Source of the DNA: Alphaproteobacteria bacterium
GTDB lineage: Bacteria; Pseudomonadota; Alphaproteobacteria; SP197
DNA: 64,000 bases
Direction: 5' to 3'
NCBI GenBank assembly: GCA_965204785.1
Contig: OZ242015.1
Coordinates: 3,244,115-3,308,114, forward strand
In this document: in pieces, positions 30,008-41,800 of the stretch
How positions within the stretch are numbered: position 1 is the first letter of the stretch
Layout: every line of letters starts with the position of its first letter
Program-made: the position numbers and the translations under genes
Notes under the pieces: model-generated
What the model saw: only the letters and a program-made list of their open reading frames with translations
Database searches by the model: none
What the model was told of the DNA's origin: nothing

Positions 30008-31219
30008 ATGCCAGGCCCCCTTCACGGCGTTCGCGTCATCGATCTCACCAGTATGGTCTCAGGTCCCGCCACGACGATGGTATTGGCTGACCAGGGTGCC
30101 GATGTCATCAAGGTGGAGAATCCCGCCTCGGGCGGCGATCACACGCGTGTCGTCTCCAAGAGCGAAGGCAAGCTGGCCGCATCGTTCCTCAACAACAACC
30201 GCAACAAGCGGTCGGTCACGATCGATCTGAAGAAGCCCGAGGGCCTGCCCGCCCTGCTGAAGCTGATCGAGGGCGCGGACGTGCTGGTGCAGAACTTCCG
30301 GCCCGGCGTCGCAGAACGCATCGGCGTGGGCGAAGCGGCGGTGCGCGAGCGGGTGCCACAGATCATCTACACCTCCATCACCGGCTTCGGCTTCACCGAA
30401 CCTTACGCCACAAAGCCAGTTTATGATCCCCTGATCCAGGCGCTTTCGGGTCTCACCACCATTCAGGCCGGATCGGACGAGGAGCGCCCGCGCCTGGTGA
30501 GGACGATCCTGCCCGACAAGCTGACCGGCGTCGTCGCGTCCCAAGCCATCACCGCAGCCCTCTATGCGCGCGAGAAGACCGGCGAGGGCCAGGCGATCCA
30601 TCTTTCCATGCTCGACAGCGTGGTGGCGTTCCTGTGGGGATCGGACATGGAAAGCCAGACCATGATGGACAAGGACATTCCCCAGCAGCGGGCGCAGAGC
30701 TACATCGATCTCATCTACGAAACCGCGGACGGCTATATATCGGTCGCCGTGCAGCAGGACAAGGAATGGCTGGCGCTGACCCGGGCGTTGGGCAAGCCCG
30801 AATGGCTGGAGGACGAACGCTTCAAGACCGCCACCGGACGCCATCAGAACATCAACGCCAGGCTGGAGCTCACCCAGGAGGCCCTGCACGGCAAGACGGC
30901 CGCCGAATGGCTGGAAATCATGGAGGCCGAAGGCGTTCCCTGCGCCCCGGTGCTCACCCGCAGCGCGATGATCGAACATCCCCAGATCGTCGCCAACGGC
31001 ATCGTCTTCGAACACGCGCACGCGGTTGCCGGCAACCTGCGTCAGGCCCGCCCGCCCGCCCGGTTTTCCAAGACCGACTTTGAGCTGCGTCAGTCCGGCG
31101 CGTTGCTGGGCGAACATACCGAGGAAGTGCTGGGCGAGGCAGGCTTCACCCCCGACGAGATCGCGGCGTTGCGCAACGCCGGCGTCTTCGGCGAACCGCA
31201 GCAACAGGCGGCCGAGTGA
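30008..31219 (+). CDS. CaiB/BaiF class III CoA-transferase
   Basis: LADQGADVIKVE, NRNKRS, QNFRPG, YDPLIQA, LGEHTEEVL. Confidence 0.95.
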   Translation: MPGPLHGVRVIDLTSMVSGPATTMVLADQGADVIKVENPASGGDHTRVVSKSEGKLAASFLNNNRNKRSVTIDLKKPEGLPALLKLIEGADVLVQNFRPGVAERIGVGEAAVRERVPQIIYTSITGFGFTEPYATKPVYDPLIQALSGLTTIQAGSDEERPRLVRTILPDKLTGVVASQAITAALYAREKTGEGQAIHLSMLDSVVAFLWGSDMESQTMMDKDIPQQRAQSYIDLIYETADGYISVAVQQDKEWLALTRALGKPEWLEDERFKTATGRHQNINARLELTQEALHGKTAAEWLEIMEAEGVPCAPVLTRSAMIEHPQIVANGIVFEHAHAVAGNLRQARPPARFSKTDFELRQSGALLGEHTEEVLGEAGFTPDEIAALRNAGVFGEPQQQAAE

Positions 31220-31239
31220 AACCTGTCCATTTGCATCGT

Positions 31240-31353
31240 GTCATCCCGGTCAAGGCGCACGGTGCCGCAGAGCCGGGATCTCGTCATGACGGTTTTCCAA
31301 ATATCGGTGCGGATCAAGATCCCGGCTCTCCGCTCCGCTACGGCCGGGATGAC
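31240..31353. repeat. GTCATCCCGG...CCGGGATGAC palindromic element (REP/CIR-like)
   Basis: Terminal inverted repeat plus internal GGGATCTCGTCATGACG, shared with 44909-45013 and 46560-46663. Confidence 0.88.
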
Positions 31354-31389
31354 ACCAAGGAGCTGGATGACACGGCTTGAGGAGATTCG

Positions 31390-32097
31390 ATGATCGATTT
31401 CTATTACTGGCCCACGCCGAACGGCTGGAAGGTCGCCATTCTGCTCGAGGAGCTGGGCGAGCCCTATAACCTGATCCCGGTCAACATCTCCAAGGGCGAT
31501 CAGTTCAAACCGGAGTTTCTGAAGATCAGTCCGAACCATCGCATGCCCGCCATCGTCGATCCTGATGTCGACGGCGAGCCGGTGACGGTCTTCGAGTCCG
31601 GCGCGATCCTGTTCTATCTGGCGCGCAAGACCGGGTGGTTCATGGTAAGCGACCCGGTGCTGGAAAAGGAAACCCTGGAGTGGCTGTTCTGGCAGACCGG
31701 CAACCAGGGACCCATGGCGGGTCAGCTCTCACACTTCGTCAATTATGCGCCGGGCGACAACCCCTATGTGCTGGAGCGGTACCGCAACGAATACGACCGC
31801 TGCCTGGGCGTGCTGGAGCGCCGCCTGGAAGGGCGCGACTGGATCGTGGGCGAGGACTATTCCGTCGCCGACATGATGTGCTGGCCTTGGGTCCTGATCG
31901 CCAAACCACTGACCGCAAGCCTGACCGACTTCCCCAACGTCACGCGCTGGCGCAAGGCGGTGAAGGAACGCCCGGCCGTGCGGCGCGGCGTCGACCTGGG
32001 CAAGGAATTCCGCCGCGAGGAAGCGCCCAGCGAGGAGGAACGCAAGATCCTCTTCCAGCAGAACGCGCGCACGGCCAGCGAACGGTCGGGCAACTGA
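31390..32097 (+). CDS. Glutathione S-transferase, YfcG/YghU-like
   Basis: TPNGWK, ISPNHRMPAIVD, FESGAIL, SVADM. Confidence 0.93.
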   Translation: MIDFYYWPTPNGWKVAILLEELGEPYNLIPVNISKGDQFKPEFLKISPNHRMPAIVDPDVDGEPVTVFESGAILFYLARKTGWFMVSDPVLEKETLEWLFWQTGNQGPMAGQLSHFVNYAPGDNPYVLERYRNEYDRCLGVLERRLEGRDWIVGEDYSVADMMCWPWVLIAKPLTASLTDFPNVTRWRKAVKERPAVRRGVDLGKEFRREEAPSEEERKILFQQNARTASERSGN

Positions 32098-32109
32098 CCG
32101 GGTCGGCGA

Positions 32110-33138
32110 TCAGCCGGCGTTTGCTTTGGGCGCGCCTGCCTTCAGTCGAAAGGTCTGCTTCATGATGCGCGTGGTCGCTTCGGCCGTGCCGTCATGGAAA
32201 CTGCCAAAACACTTGTCGAGCGGCACAACGGACTGCCCATAGTTGCAGTTGTAATAGCGGTGATGGAGCTGGTGGAACAGATTGCCAATCTCCATGACAT
32301 TGCGACCCTTCACGTCCACGTTGTGATAGCCCGTATGCCCCGTGCTGGCCCCGGCGGTCAGAAAGAAGCTGTGGTAGAGCATGTGGAGCGGATGGGTCGC
32401 GATCACTAGGTGCAGCAGCATCGAACTGAGGTAAATCACGTGTTCGGCCGGGTGCATGGCAAGCCCTGACCAGGGCCCGACATTGACGTTGTTGTGGTGG
32501 AGATCGTGGAACCGGTAGAACGGTTTCCAGTGCAGCAGGCGGTGCACGAAATAGAAGTGCGCCGACTCGAACAGCAGTACCACGAAAAAGAGCGCGATGA
32601 ACCAGACCGAGCCATCCGCCCAACTGAACCAGCCGATATAACCGTTCGCCCAGCACCACCAGACCGCCACTTCATAGGCGGTCACAATCGGAATGCCGCT
32701 GATGAGACTCCAGAAAACGTTATCGCCGAGCTGGTGGTGGAACAGGAACTTCGGACTGCGGGGTTCCAGCGGTTTGGGATCGAACTTGTGGGTATCGCCC
32801 TGGGCGCGGAAGGTGTGGAACCACAGATGCAGCGCGGCGGTGAACACGCCGAACAGCACCAGGTTGCGCACCAGGATTTCCAGGATCCAGCCAGCCTCGA
32901 AGGTCGTCATGCGCTCCAGCGAAGGGGTCCATATCCACGCGATTGCGGCCAGGGCAACGAACAGTATGTGCTGTGAGAGCAGGATGCCCCGGCCGAAAAG
33001 CCACGTGAAAAACGCCAAAGGCTGTGGCGGCCAGACGAGCACCGGCGGCGTCTGGAGCGGCAACTGGGGATGCCAATGCCAAGGCTTGCGCGGATCGCCG
33101 GGTGTGAACACGGTATCGTTCGAGGCAACATCACCCAT
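32110..33138 (-). CDS. Sterol desaturase / fatty acid hydroxylase superfamily protein
   Basis: His boxes HFYFVHRLLH, HDLHH, HQLHH..YG; TM segments; start uncertain. Confidence 0.88.
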   Translation of the reverse strand: MGDVASNDTVFTPGDPRKPWHWHPQLPLQTPPVLVWPPQPLAFFTWLFGRGILLSQHILFVALAAIAWIWTPSLERMTTFEAGWILEILVRNLVLFGVFTAALHLWFHTFRAQGDTHKFDPKPLEPRSPKFLFHHQLGDNVFWSLISGIPIVTAYEVAVWWCWANGYIGWFSWADGSVWFIALFFVVLLFESAHFYFVHRLLHWKPFYRFHDLHHNNVNVGPWSGLAMHPAEHVIYLSSMLLHLVIATHPLHMLYHSFFLTAGASTGHTGYHNVDVKGRNVMEIGNLFHQLHHRYYNCNYGQSVVPLDKCFGSFHDGTAEATTRIMKQTFRLKAGAPKANAG

Positions 33139-33329
33139 CGGGGCTCTCCGGACCGCAGCAGAATCGGAAGTTTGATCCGAGGGGGGTACTTCGACAAGAA
33201 AATTCGAAACCGGAAAACGAACGATTAGGATGACGCTCAAGTCCGTCAGGGGACGGATCCTGCCACTGGGAAGACGCCAAGCCATGACATTGGGTTACGT
33301 GAAGGTCTTTCGGCGTTCACTATGCTGGT

Positions 33330-34050
33330 CTCGGGCGCGGAGATGTCGCTGGAGAAGCAGGACGGTCTCATCACGCCCGATACCCATCACGTCACGCCGT
33401 CGGCGTCGATACCAGCGAGGAAGAACCCGAAGGCAGTTGCATCCCGCTTCCCGTCGCCAAGGCCATGCACCCCGATACGCTGATCGCGCTTGAGGTTAAC
33501 GGCGAACCGCTGCCGCGCGATCACGGATTTTCCGCACGCCTGGTGACGCCGGGCTGGGTCGGTACCTATTCGATCAAGTGGCTGAAGCGCATCAAGGTGA
33601 CGCACGGGCACTGCTGGGTCAACTGCAATACCATCCGCTATGTCATGATGGGCGAGACCTGGTCGGATGGCGATTGGGGACTGGCGCGCGGACTCCAGAT
33701 CACCGAACATCCGGTGCGCAGCTCGCTGACATTACCGTGGCCCCGGGAACAGCTTTCACCGGGACGCCATCGCCTGCATAGCTTCGCGCGCGGCGGGGAA
33801 GCGGCCATCGTCCACCTCGCCGGGAGCAGCGACAACGGCGCCACCCTGGCGGAACGTCTAACTGCTCTCGCCCTCGCAAAACTACGCTTGGGTCCGCTTC
33901 GGTTTCGATTGGGACGCCGCGCCCGGCGAACACGCCCTGATGACCCGTGCCACCGATGCGGCGGTAAGCCCCCCGCTCATGACCCAGCCATTCAACGAAG
34001 GCGGTTATCTCTTCCACATGATCCATCTCCAAGCCATCTCCATCGGCTAG
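33330..34050 (+). pseudogene. Sulfite-oxidase-like molybdopterin oxidoreductase, fragment
   Basis: ALEVNGEPLPRDHGFSARLVTPGWVG..SIKWLKRI, then WDAAPGEHALMTRATD in another frame; N-terminus missing. Confidence 0.85.
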
Positions 34051-34097
34051 CTTGTACCAGCGGCTGGTGAGTATGACACATCGGCTGTTGGTACAAG
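34051..34097. repeat. CCAACGGCNGATGAG palindromic repeat, degenerate copy
   Basis: CTTGTACCAGCGGCTGGTGAG-TATGA-CACATCGGCTGTTGGTACAAG between convergent pseudogenes. Confidence 0.75.
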
Positions 34098-34112
34098 AGA
34101 CCGGTTCAGGTT

Positions 34113-34847
34113 CTATCCCGCGATCGCTTGCTGCTGGCTGACGCAATGCACCGCGCCGCCCTCTTTGGTGAGCGCGAAGCAGGGAATGCGCGCGACCTCG
34201 CGGTCGGGAAACTGCTTGGCGGTGATCGTGCAAGCCCGGTCGTCGAAGAAATGCCCGAAGACCGGCACCAGCACCGTGCCGTTGGTGACGAGATTAGTTG
34301 GCAATAGGCGGCATCGGTGATGCGGGTTGCGTTGGCGCCGCCGGCATGGGTCCGCGCACTGATCTTGGCGCCATGGGGTGCGGGCAGGGCGACGAGGTCG
34401 AGCGGCTTGCAGCTGTTCCTAGTGGGTGCACCAGATAGGGGTAATGCGGATCGTTGGTATCGTCGGTCCAGTTGTAGAACACTGTCGTTTCCCCGGTGAA
34501 CCGCGCGGAGATGTCTATATGCCAGTCGATATCGTCGCCCATGGCCTCGCATTGTTCGGGCGGCGCGCCGTCGAGCCAGATGAAGCGTTGGACGCCCAGA
34601 TGTCTGGATTAGGTCTTCCTCGATCCGTTCGAGCGTCCAGTTTGGATTACGGTTCTGGTTGACGATCGGCAACCATGCGCACCAGCATCTTGCTTGCCAT
34701 GGCTGCGGCCATGGCAAGCAAGGTTGATTCCAGTTTGATGGCGTAAGCGGCATCGTGCGTGTTTGCCGTGGACCAGCGCAGCCAGACGGCCTCATGCGGC
34801 TCCCATTCGGCGGGCATCCGGGCGGTATCGGCATCGAACACGGACAT
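34113..34847 (-). pseudogene. Agmatine/peptidylarginine deiminase
   Basis: RMPAEWEPHEAVW, DIDWHID (normally DTDGHID), VTNGTVLVPVF, GGAVHCVSQQQ in different frames; internal deletion. Confidence 0.88.
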
Positions 34848-34858
34848 CGGCGGCCTCC

Positions 34859-35620
34859 TCAGCGTCCCTTGAAGACGGGCGGGCGTTTCTCGCGGGCCGC
34901 GGCCAGGCCTTCGGCAGCGTCTTCAGTGGCAAAACAGGCGATGGTTTCCCGCTTGAGCCAGACCGAGTCGAGATCGCTGCGGGCAATGCCGTTGATCGCC
35001 TTCTTGGTGATCCCCAGCGAGAGCGGAGAAAGCGAGGTGAGATGCTTGGCGAATTCCCTCACGGTCTTATCGAACGCGTTGCGCGAAACCAGGCGGTCGA
35101 GATAGCCGATTTCCCGAAGCATTGCGTCGTCCATCGGTTCGGCGGCCAGGAACAGACGCCGCGCCACCTGCGGTCCCAGCCGTTCGACATACCGACGCAG
35201 GCCCGACTCATGGAACACTAGGCCCAGTCTGGCCGGCGGCATGACCAGACGTATGCCTTCGATGCCGATGCGGAAATCGCAGGCGAGCGCCAGATCCGTC
35301 GCACCCCCGTAAACGCTGCCGTTGAGCGCGCATACCGTGACCGCGTTCAGCGCCTCGATACGGTCGGCCAGCCGTTCGAGCGGGTTGTCGTTCCAGTCGC
35401 GGGTCAGCACGTCGCCCAGGTCGACCCCGGCGGAAAAGCTCTTCGTCCCCGAACCGGTGAGTACCATGACGCGCACGGTCCTGTCGCCATCAAGCGTGTC
35501 GAGATCGGCGATCAGGTCGTCGACCTCGGCCATGCGCAGCAGGTTGTGTTTCTCCGGCCGGTCGAGCCGGAGCGTGACGATAGCACCCTCACGGCCGATC
35601 CGGTACGCTTGGTCGCTCAT
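34859..35620 (-). CDS. Enoyl-CoA hydratase/isomerase family protein
   Basis: LDRPEKHN, FSAGVDL, GGATDLALACDFR, EKRPPVFKGR. Confidence 0.92.
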   Translation of the reverse strand: MSDQAYRIGREGAIVTLRLDRPEKHNLLRMAEVDDLIADLDTLDGDRTVRVMVLTGSGTKSFSAGVDLGDVLTRDWNDNPLERLADRIEALNAVTVCALNGSVYGGATDLALACDFRIGIEGIRLVMPPARLGLVFHESGLRRYVERLGPQVARRLFLAAEPMDDAMLREIGYLDRLVSRNAFDKTVREFAKHLTSLSPLSLGITKKAINGIARSDLDSVWLKRETIACFATEDAAEGLAAAREKRPPVFKGR

Positions 35621-36426
35621 GCGGGCAGATGGAAGGTGACCGTGACCGGACAGTGGTCGCTGGGTTTTTCCCAGCCGCGCACATGCTTGTGGATCGCCGC
35701 CGATTTCAGGGAGGACTTGAGGGCCGGCGTCACCCAGACGTGGTCGAGCCGGCGGCCCTTGTCGGCGACTTCCCAGTCCCGGGCGCGATAGCTCCACCAG
35801 GAATAGACCTTCTCGGCCTCGGGAATGAAGTAACGCAGCGCGTCGACCCAGTCGTGGGATTGCTGCAGCACGGCCATGGCGTCGATCTCAATGGGCGTAT
35901 GGCTCACTACTTTGAGAAGCTGCTTGTGCGACCACACGTCGGTTTCCAGCGGCGCGACATTGAGATCACCGACCATGATGCGCCTGGCGCGCGGGCGTTT
36001 GTTCTCGTTGAACCAGGAGGCCATGTCGGCCAGGAAGCGCAGCTTGTGCTCGAACTTCGGATTGATCGAGGGATCGGGCTCGTCGCCGCCGGCGGGAACG
36101 TAGAAGTTATGGAGTTCGACCTTGCCCGGCAGTTCGACCCAGACATGGCGTCCATCTTCCCGGCCGCACCAGTGCTTCACACCGGTCCTAGCGAAGGGTA
36201 CGCGACTGATCGTCGCAACTCCATTATAGCCCTTGAATCCGGCCACCGCGATGTGCGGCCAACCGGCCTCGCGGAGCGCATCGAAGGGAAACACATCCTC
36301 GGTTGCCTTGATCTCCTGAAGACAGAGCACGTCGGGATAGTGTTCGCGCAGATAGTTCAGCACCGTCTCGACGCGCATGCGCACGGAGTTGATGTTCCAG
36401 GTCGCCAGGGTGAGATCGTTCGTGAT
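35617..36426 (-). CDS. xth: Exodeoxyribonuclease III; no canonical start codon in frame
   Basis: TWNINSVR, LQEIK, YNGVA, GDLNVAP, YSWWSYR, RRLDH, PSDHCPV; ATC at 36426 follows AGGAAG. Confidence 0.88.
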   Translation of the reverse strand: MTNDLTLATWNINSVRMRVETVLNYLREHYPDVLCLQEIKATEDVFPFDALREAGWPHIAVAGFKGYNGVATISRVPFARTGVKHWCGREDGRHVWVELPGKVELHNFYVPAGGDEPDPSINPKFEHKLRFLADMASWFNENKRPRARRIMVGDLNVAPLETDVWSHKQLLKVVSHTPIEIDAMAVLQQSHDWVDALRYFIPEAEKVYSWWSYRARDWEVADKGRRLDHVWVTPALKSSLKSAAIHKHVRGWEKPSDHCPVTVTFHLPA

Positions 36427-36430
36427 GGTG

Positions 36431-36727
36431 TCACTTCCTGCCCGGGGCCTGATAGTCGACGGCAAAGCGCAGGTCGCGCATCGGTTTGACCAGCCTGATC
36501 GTCTCTTCGTAGACCGGATGCGCCTTGAACGCGTCGAGCGCCGCCTCGTCCTCGAACTCGCCATAGACAACAACGTCGATCTCGTCCGACCAAGCGTCCT
36601 TGCGCGCGTTGAATTCCACCTCCAGCAGCGTCGCCGAGGGAATTGCGTGGAGATAGCGCAGGCCGTCGCGCACCGCCCGGGCGTCTTTGGGATCGCGTGC
36701 GCGAAAAAGTACAATATGGCGAATCAT
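36431..36727 (-). CDS. Dabb (stress-responsive A/B barrel) protein
   Basis: MIRHIVLF, EFEDEAALDAFKAHP. Confidence 0.88.
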   Translation of the reverse strand: MIRHIVLFRARDPKDARAVRDGLRYLHAIPSATLLEVEFNARKDAWSDEIDVVVYGEFEDEAALDAFKAHPVYEETIRLVKPMRDLRFAVDYQAPGRK

Positions 36728-36864
36728 GGATTTATCGGTAGTGGGCGAGTCAGCCTCAATATAGCCGATTGTATGGGGAATGGACAGATTGGGTTCGGCG
36801 GCCAAGGTCGTCTATCATCCAGATAGTCTTGCCCGGCGAAGAAACCGTCCTTGGAGTTTGGCCC

Positions 36865-37760
36865 ATGAATTTTCGCATTGCAGTGCCGATGCTTTGGCGG
36901 CAGCAGTGTTCCGGCACCCCGCGGCCGCACAGGAATTAAGCTTCGACCTGCACCATTTCCTTCGCTCCGATTCCCCGCTCCAGACCGAGATTCTCGAGCC
37001 TTGGGCCGAAAAGGCTGCCGCGGACTCCGGTGGCCGGATCGAGATCGTGATCCACGCCGACATGGTCTGGACGGTCCCCAGATTTTCAGGAGACCGCTTT
37101 GTTTCCATTCGGGCATTCGAGTTGCCGTTCAACGCCGGTTCTGCGTGCATCAAGAACAGGGCCATGATGGAATTCTATGACATGGGGCTCACCAGCGATT
37201 TCTCCGACATCCGCCCGCTGCTATTCCACTCGCAGAGCCCCGCCGCCATCCACACCAGAGACCGTTTCGTCACCGGTGCGCACGGAATTCCAGGGCCTGC
37301 GGACCGCCATACCCACCAACCAGGCGGGCCGCACCCTTCAGGCCCTAGGTGCGGTTCCCGTCCGCATTCCCCTCGATGGAATGGCGATCGCCATCGCCTC
37401 GGACACGATTGACGACGCCCTGGCGGGATACAGCGTTGCGCGTGAACTCGGCCTTGATGACGTCGCGCACTATCACACTGAAGCAGATCTCTACTCGGCC
37501 GCGTTCCTGCTCGCGATGAACAAGGAAGTCTATCGATCCCTGCCGCCGGAGTTGCAGGCGGCGGTCGACGCCAACGCGAATACCCGGACGGAGCTGTGGG
37601 TCGGATCCATCTTCGACGAACACAACGCGGCCGCACGCGCTGAAGTCATTGCAGACGGTGGCGCGTTTTCACACCCGGCTCAGCCAGCTTGACCAGTGGT
37701 ACAAGGCAACACGCAGTGTGATCAGCGGGTGGGGATCGACCAGGCTAACCTTGCGGACAT
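36865..37760 (+). pseudogene. TRAP transporter substrate-binding protein (DctP)
   Basis: EPWAEK..DSGGRIEI, FELPF, FQGLR, ALGAVPV, AMNKEVYRSLPPELQAAVD; frameshifts and a deletion. Confidence 0.85.
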
Positions 37761-37866
37761 GCGCGGACGCTTTCTCTATGACCGGGCCATGCTGTTGCTC
37801 AGCATCTACAGCAACGCGTAGAGCAGTTTCAAACGCCCAATGCGGCTTCAATGCGTTGGAGCAACC

Positions 37867-38240
37867 TCACTCCGCGGACGGTGCCATTGTCCACAGGAAA
37901 CGCGCGACCGTGCCGCCGTTGTTTTCAACGCGGTAACGCCATCCCAGCGCTAAATAGCAAGTTATTGCCCAGCTCAGCTTCGGCCTTTTCTTCGACGCCG
38001 TCACGGTCCTGCCAAAAGAACGTGAAACGGCCGTCGAGCACGAAATTAAGCCTCGTGGGCTTCCGAGCCGAACCGCATGGCGACGCGCCCGTCCATGCTA
38101 AGATCCGATCCCTGCTTGCCGCGCTACAGGGTCCGTTTGACGCGGGAGGTTCCCTCCAGCGCGGGATAAGGTTCCCAGGTGAGGTCGTCGTCACGGATCA
38201 GGACGGTTTCGGGCGTGGGTCTCTCCGGTTCGGGTGTCGG
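37867..38240 (-). pseudogene. Cupin-domain protein remnant
   Basis: DDDLTWEPYP, FVLDGRFTF, YRVENNGGTVARFLWTMAP in broken frames. Confidence 0.55.
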
Positions 38241-38250
38241 CGATGGTGAG

Positions 38251-38800
38251 TCAGGGCCAGCCTCTCTGGTAGCTGGCGCATTTGCTGCGAAGCGGTCGGG
38301 CGTCGGATTGTCGGGGTTTTGCCGCGCCACGCCCGCAAACAGTTCATTGAGGCCCTTGGGCGCGAGAGTTCGAACCCGCCCGCCCCGTCGGGCCGCAGGC
38401 CGACACAGGTGCAGGCCACGATGAAGTCGCCGATGTTTTCCGCACAGCACAAGGTCGTCGGATAGACGCTACCGATACGTTCCTCGAACCACACCGGCAC
38501 ACGCGCCTGGTTGCGCACATCGTGGCGTATATCGAGATCGGCAAAAAGCGCATCGGAATGGGCGATCACGCGGTCCTCCGCCGACCAGGAGGTATCGGCG
38601 TCCCAATAGAAAATGTCGTAGTCGTTGATATGCGCCTGGGGCGGCTGGCCCGAGAGCGCGTTCCAAACCGGACCGACGAGGCAGCCCGCGACCAGCCAGG
38701 CATCCGCGATGCCAAGGTTAGGCAGGCGCGCGAGAATGGTGCGGTTGACCGGATCGGCGAGGACCAGGTCGATGAAACGGCCGGCGAGTGCGTCCTGCAT
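38251..38800 (-). pseudogene. Nucleotidyltransferase family (DUF925-like), frameshifted near the 3' end
   Basis: WLVAGCL..VWN, INDYDIFYWD, VRNQARV; APKGLNELF..NP in a shifted frame. Confidence 0.82.
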
Positions 38801-38874
38801 GACGCAAGTCTGACATGGGGTCCGGCATGCTGTATCGTCCAACCGGTCAAACTATGGGGACAAGCCCCGCGCGA

Positions 38875-41800
38875 TCAGGAAAGCTGAGGTTCCGTACGCT
38901 CGCGGTGGAGTCTGGATAACCAGCGGCGGCGCGGGCGGTCGGCATCCTCACCACCCTTACGGCCGCGCCGCCAGCGTCCAACGTTCTCGCGCACCATCAG
39001 CGCACTGGGCGTGACGATCAGCGTGAGCATGGTTGCGAACGCAAGCCCGAAGACGATGGCGCTGGCAAGCTGCACCCACCACTGCGTCGAGGGCCCGCCG
39101 ACTTGGATATGACGGCTGAAGAAGTCGATGTTGACCGCCAGCACCATGGGCATCAGACCCAGGATGGTCGTGATCGTGGTCAGCAGCACCGGGCGCAGAC
39201 GCTGCGCGCCGGTGCGCAGGATGGCTTCCATGGGATCGCTCACGGACTCGCGCAGGCGATCGTAGGTGTCGATCAGCACGATGTTGTTGTTCACCACGAT
39301 GCCGGCCAGCGCGATAACGCCGATGCCCGACATGACGATGCCGAACGGCTTGCCCGTGACCAGCAGGCCGATCATCACCCCGATGGTCGACATGATGACC
39401 GCCGAGAGGATCAGGAACGCGGAATAGAAACTGTTGAACTGGGTCACCAGGATGATCGCCATCAGGACGAGTGCGATGCCGAAGGCCTTCATGAGGAACT
39501 GCGCGGCTTCGGCCTGGTCCTCGTTCTCGCCGCGGAACTCGATCTCGACGCGGGGGTCGAACCCCGCCGCCGCGACCCATTGGGTCAGTTCCTGGACCAC
39601 GGCATCGGCCAGCACGCCTTCGGCCAAGTCGGCCTTGACCGTCATCACCCGTTTGCCGTCCACGCGGTCGATGGTACCGACCTTGGGTGCTGCCTTCCGG
39701 GTCACGAAGTTCGAGACGGGAACTAGGCCCAGGGCAGTCTCCACGCGCAGCCGGTCAAGCTGGTCGAGCGTGCGGTCGCTGAGCGGGAAACGCGCGCGCA
39801 CGTCAATCTCGTCTTTGGAGTTGTCCGGGCGCATGGTCGAAAGCTGCAGGCCGTTGGTGACGAGCCGGACGACGCCGCCGATAGCGGAGATGTCCGTGCC
39901 GAACTTGGCGGCCTGCACGCGGTCGACATCGATTTCCCATTCGATGCCTGGCAGGGGGCGGCTGTCCTCGATGTCGATCAATTTGTCGGACATGGAATCC
40001 ATCTTCTCGCGGACTGTCGCGATGACCGGTTCGATGAGTTCGAGATCAATCGCTGAAACCTGGATCTGGATCGGCTTGCCCTCCGTGGGGCCTCCCTGCT
40101 GGCCGCGCGGTTCGATCGTGATGCCGGCAAGGTCGGCGGTACGTCTGCGGACCTCCTCGAAAATCTCGACGGCCGGTTCGCGCAGTTCCCAGTCGATGAA
40201 CTCCACTCTGATCACGCCGATGACGTCTTCGGCTTCTTCTCCACCGCCACCGCTACCACCACCACTGTCGCCACCGACACGGGTGTAGATCGTCTCGAAG
40301 ACTTCCATATCCAGGATGCGCGATTCGACCTCGCGTATCAGGATGTCCTGCTCCCAGATCGAGAGATTACCGCGGGCATGGACCTGGAACACCGCCTGTT
40401 CGGGTTCGATGCTGGGGAAAAACTCCACACCCTTGCCCAGGACGCCATAGGCCATCTGCACGCCGACCAGCATCGCCACGGCAACCGCCAGGATCTTGGC
40501 TGGATGGCGCAGAGCTGCCTGCAAAACCTTCAGGTATTTTCCGGTGAAACCCCCGATCTCCCGCAGATCGGCATCGGAATAGCCGGCAAGGGCCTTCGCC
40601 TTTTCGGTGTCGATCGAGGTCGTCTTGCCGACGAGCGAGCCCAGCGTGGGCACGAAGACAAGCGCCATGGCGAGCGAAGCCGCAAGGGTCGCAATCAGCG
40701 TGATGGGAAGGAACTTCATGAACTCGCCCACGATGCCCGGCCAGAACATGAGCGGCAGAAAGGCGACCAGCGTGGTCATGGTCGAGGTCGTGATGGGCCA
40801 GGCTATGCGGGTCGCGGCCGAAAGATAGGCGTCGCGCCGATGCGCGCCTTCGGCCATCTCCCGATCGGCGTATTCGGTCACAACGATGGCGCCGTCGACC
40901 AACATGCCCACCGCCAGGATCAGGCTGAACAGCACGACCACGTTCATGGTGAGCCCCGCCGAGGAGAGCACCAGGATGCCCGCCAGGAACGATCCGGGGA
41001 TGGCGACACCGACCAGCGCGGCCGTGCGCCAGCCCAGAGCCCAGACGATGACGATCATGACAAGCAGGATGGCTGAGAGCACGTTGTTCTGCAGGTCGTT
41101 CAGCATCTGGCGGATGTTGCTGGACTGATCCTGGGAAAAGGCGACCTCGATATCGGTCGGCCAGTCCGCGCTCGCTTTGAGTACAACCTCGCGCACCTTC
41201 TCGATTGTCTCGATGATGTTCTCGCCCGTGCGCTTGGAAACCACAATGGCCAGCGCGCGGTCGCCATGGACGCGCGCGAAACTTTCAGGATCCTTGAACG
41301 TGCGGTTCACATCGGCGATGTCACGCACCAGGGTGACGGAATCGCCCTCGATCTTGACCGGAAGGTTGAGCAGATCGCTGGCGCCTTCCAACATCCCCGG
41401 CACCTTCACGCCGAAGCGGCCGGCCCCGGTATCGAGCGAACCCGCAGCGACCAGGACGTTGGAACGGTTCACGAAATCGATCAGTTCGCGCGCGTCCAAC
41501 GTGTAGCTTTCGATCAGCATGGGGTCGATGACGATCTCGACCAGTTCCTCGCGCTCGCCCTGGATCGGCGCTTCGAGCACCTCGGCAAGGCCTTCGATCT
41601 CATCCTGGAGATCGCGCGCTAGGCGCAGCAGCGTGCGCTCGGGCACGGGCCCTGAGAGCGTGACGACCAGCACGGGAAAGAGCGAGAGGTTGACCTCGTT
41701 CACTGTCGGCTCGTCGGTCTCCTCGGGCAGTTTGGGCTTGGCGAGATCGACCTTGGCGCGCACGTCGTCGATCGCGACGTCTGGATCGAAGCCCGCGTCG

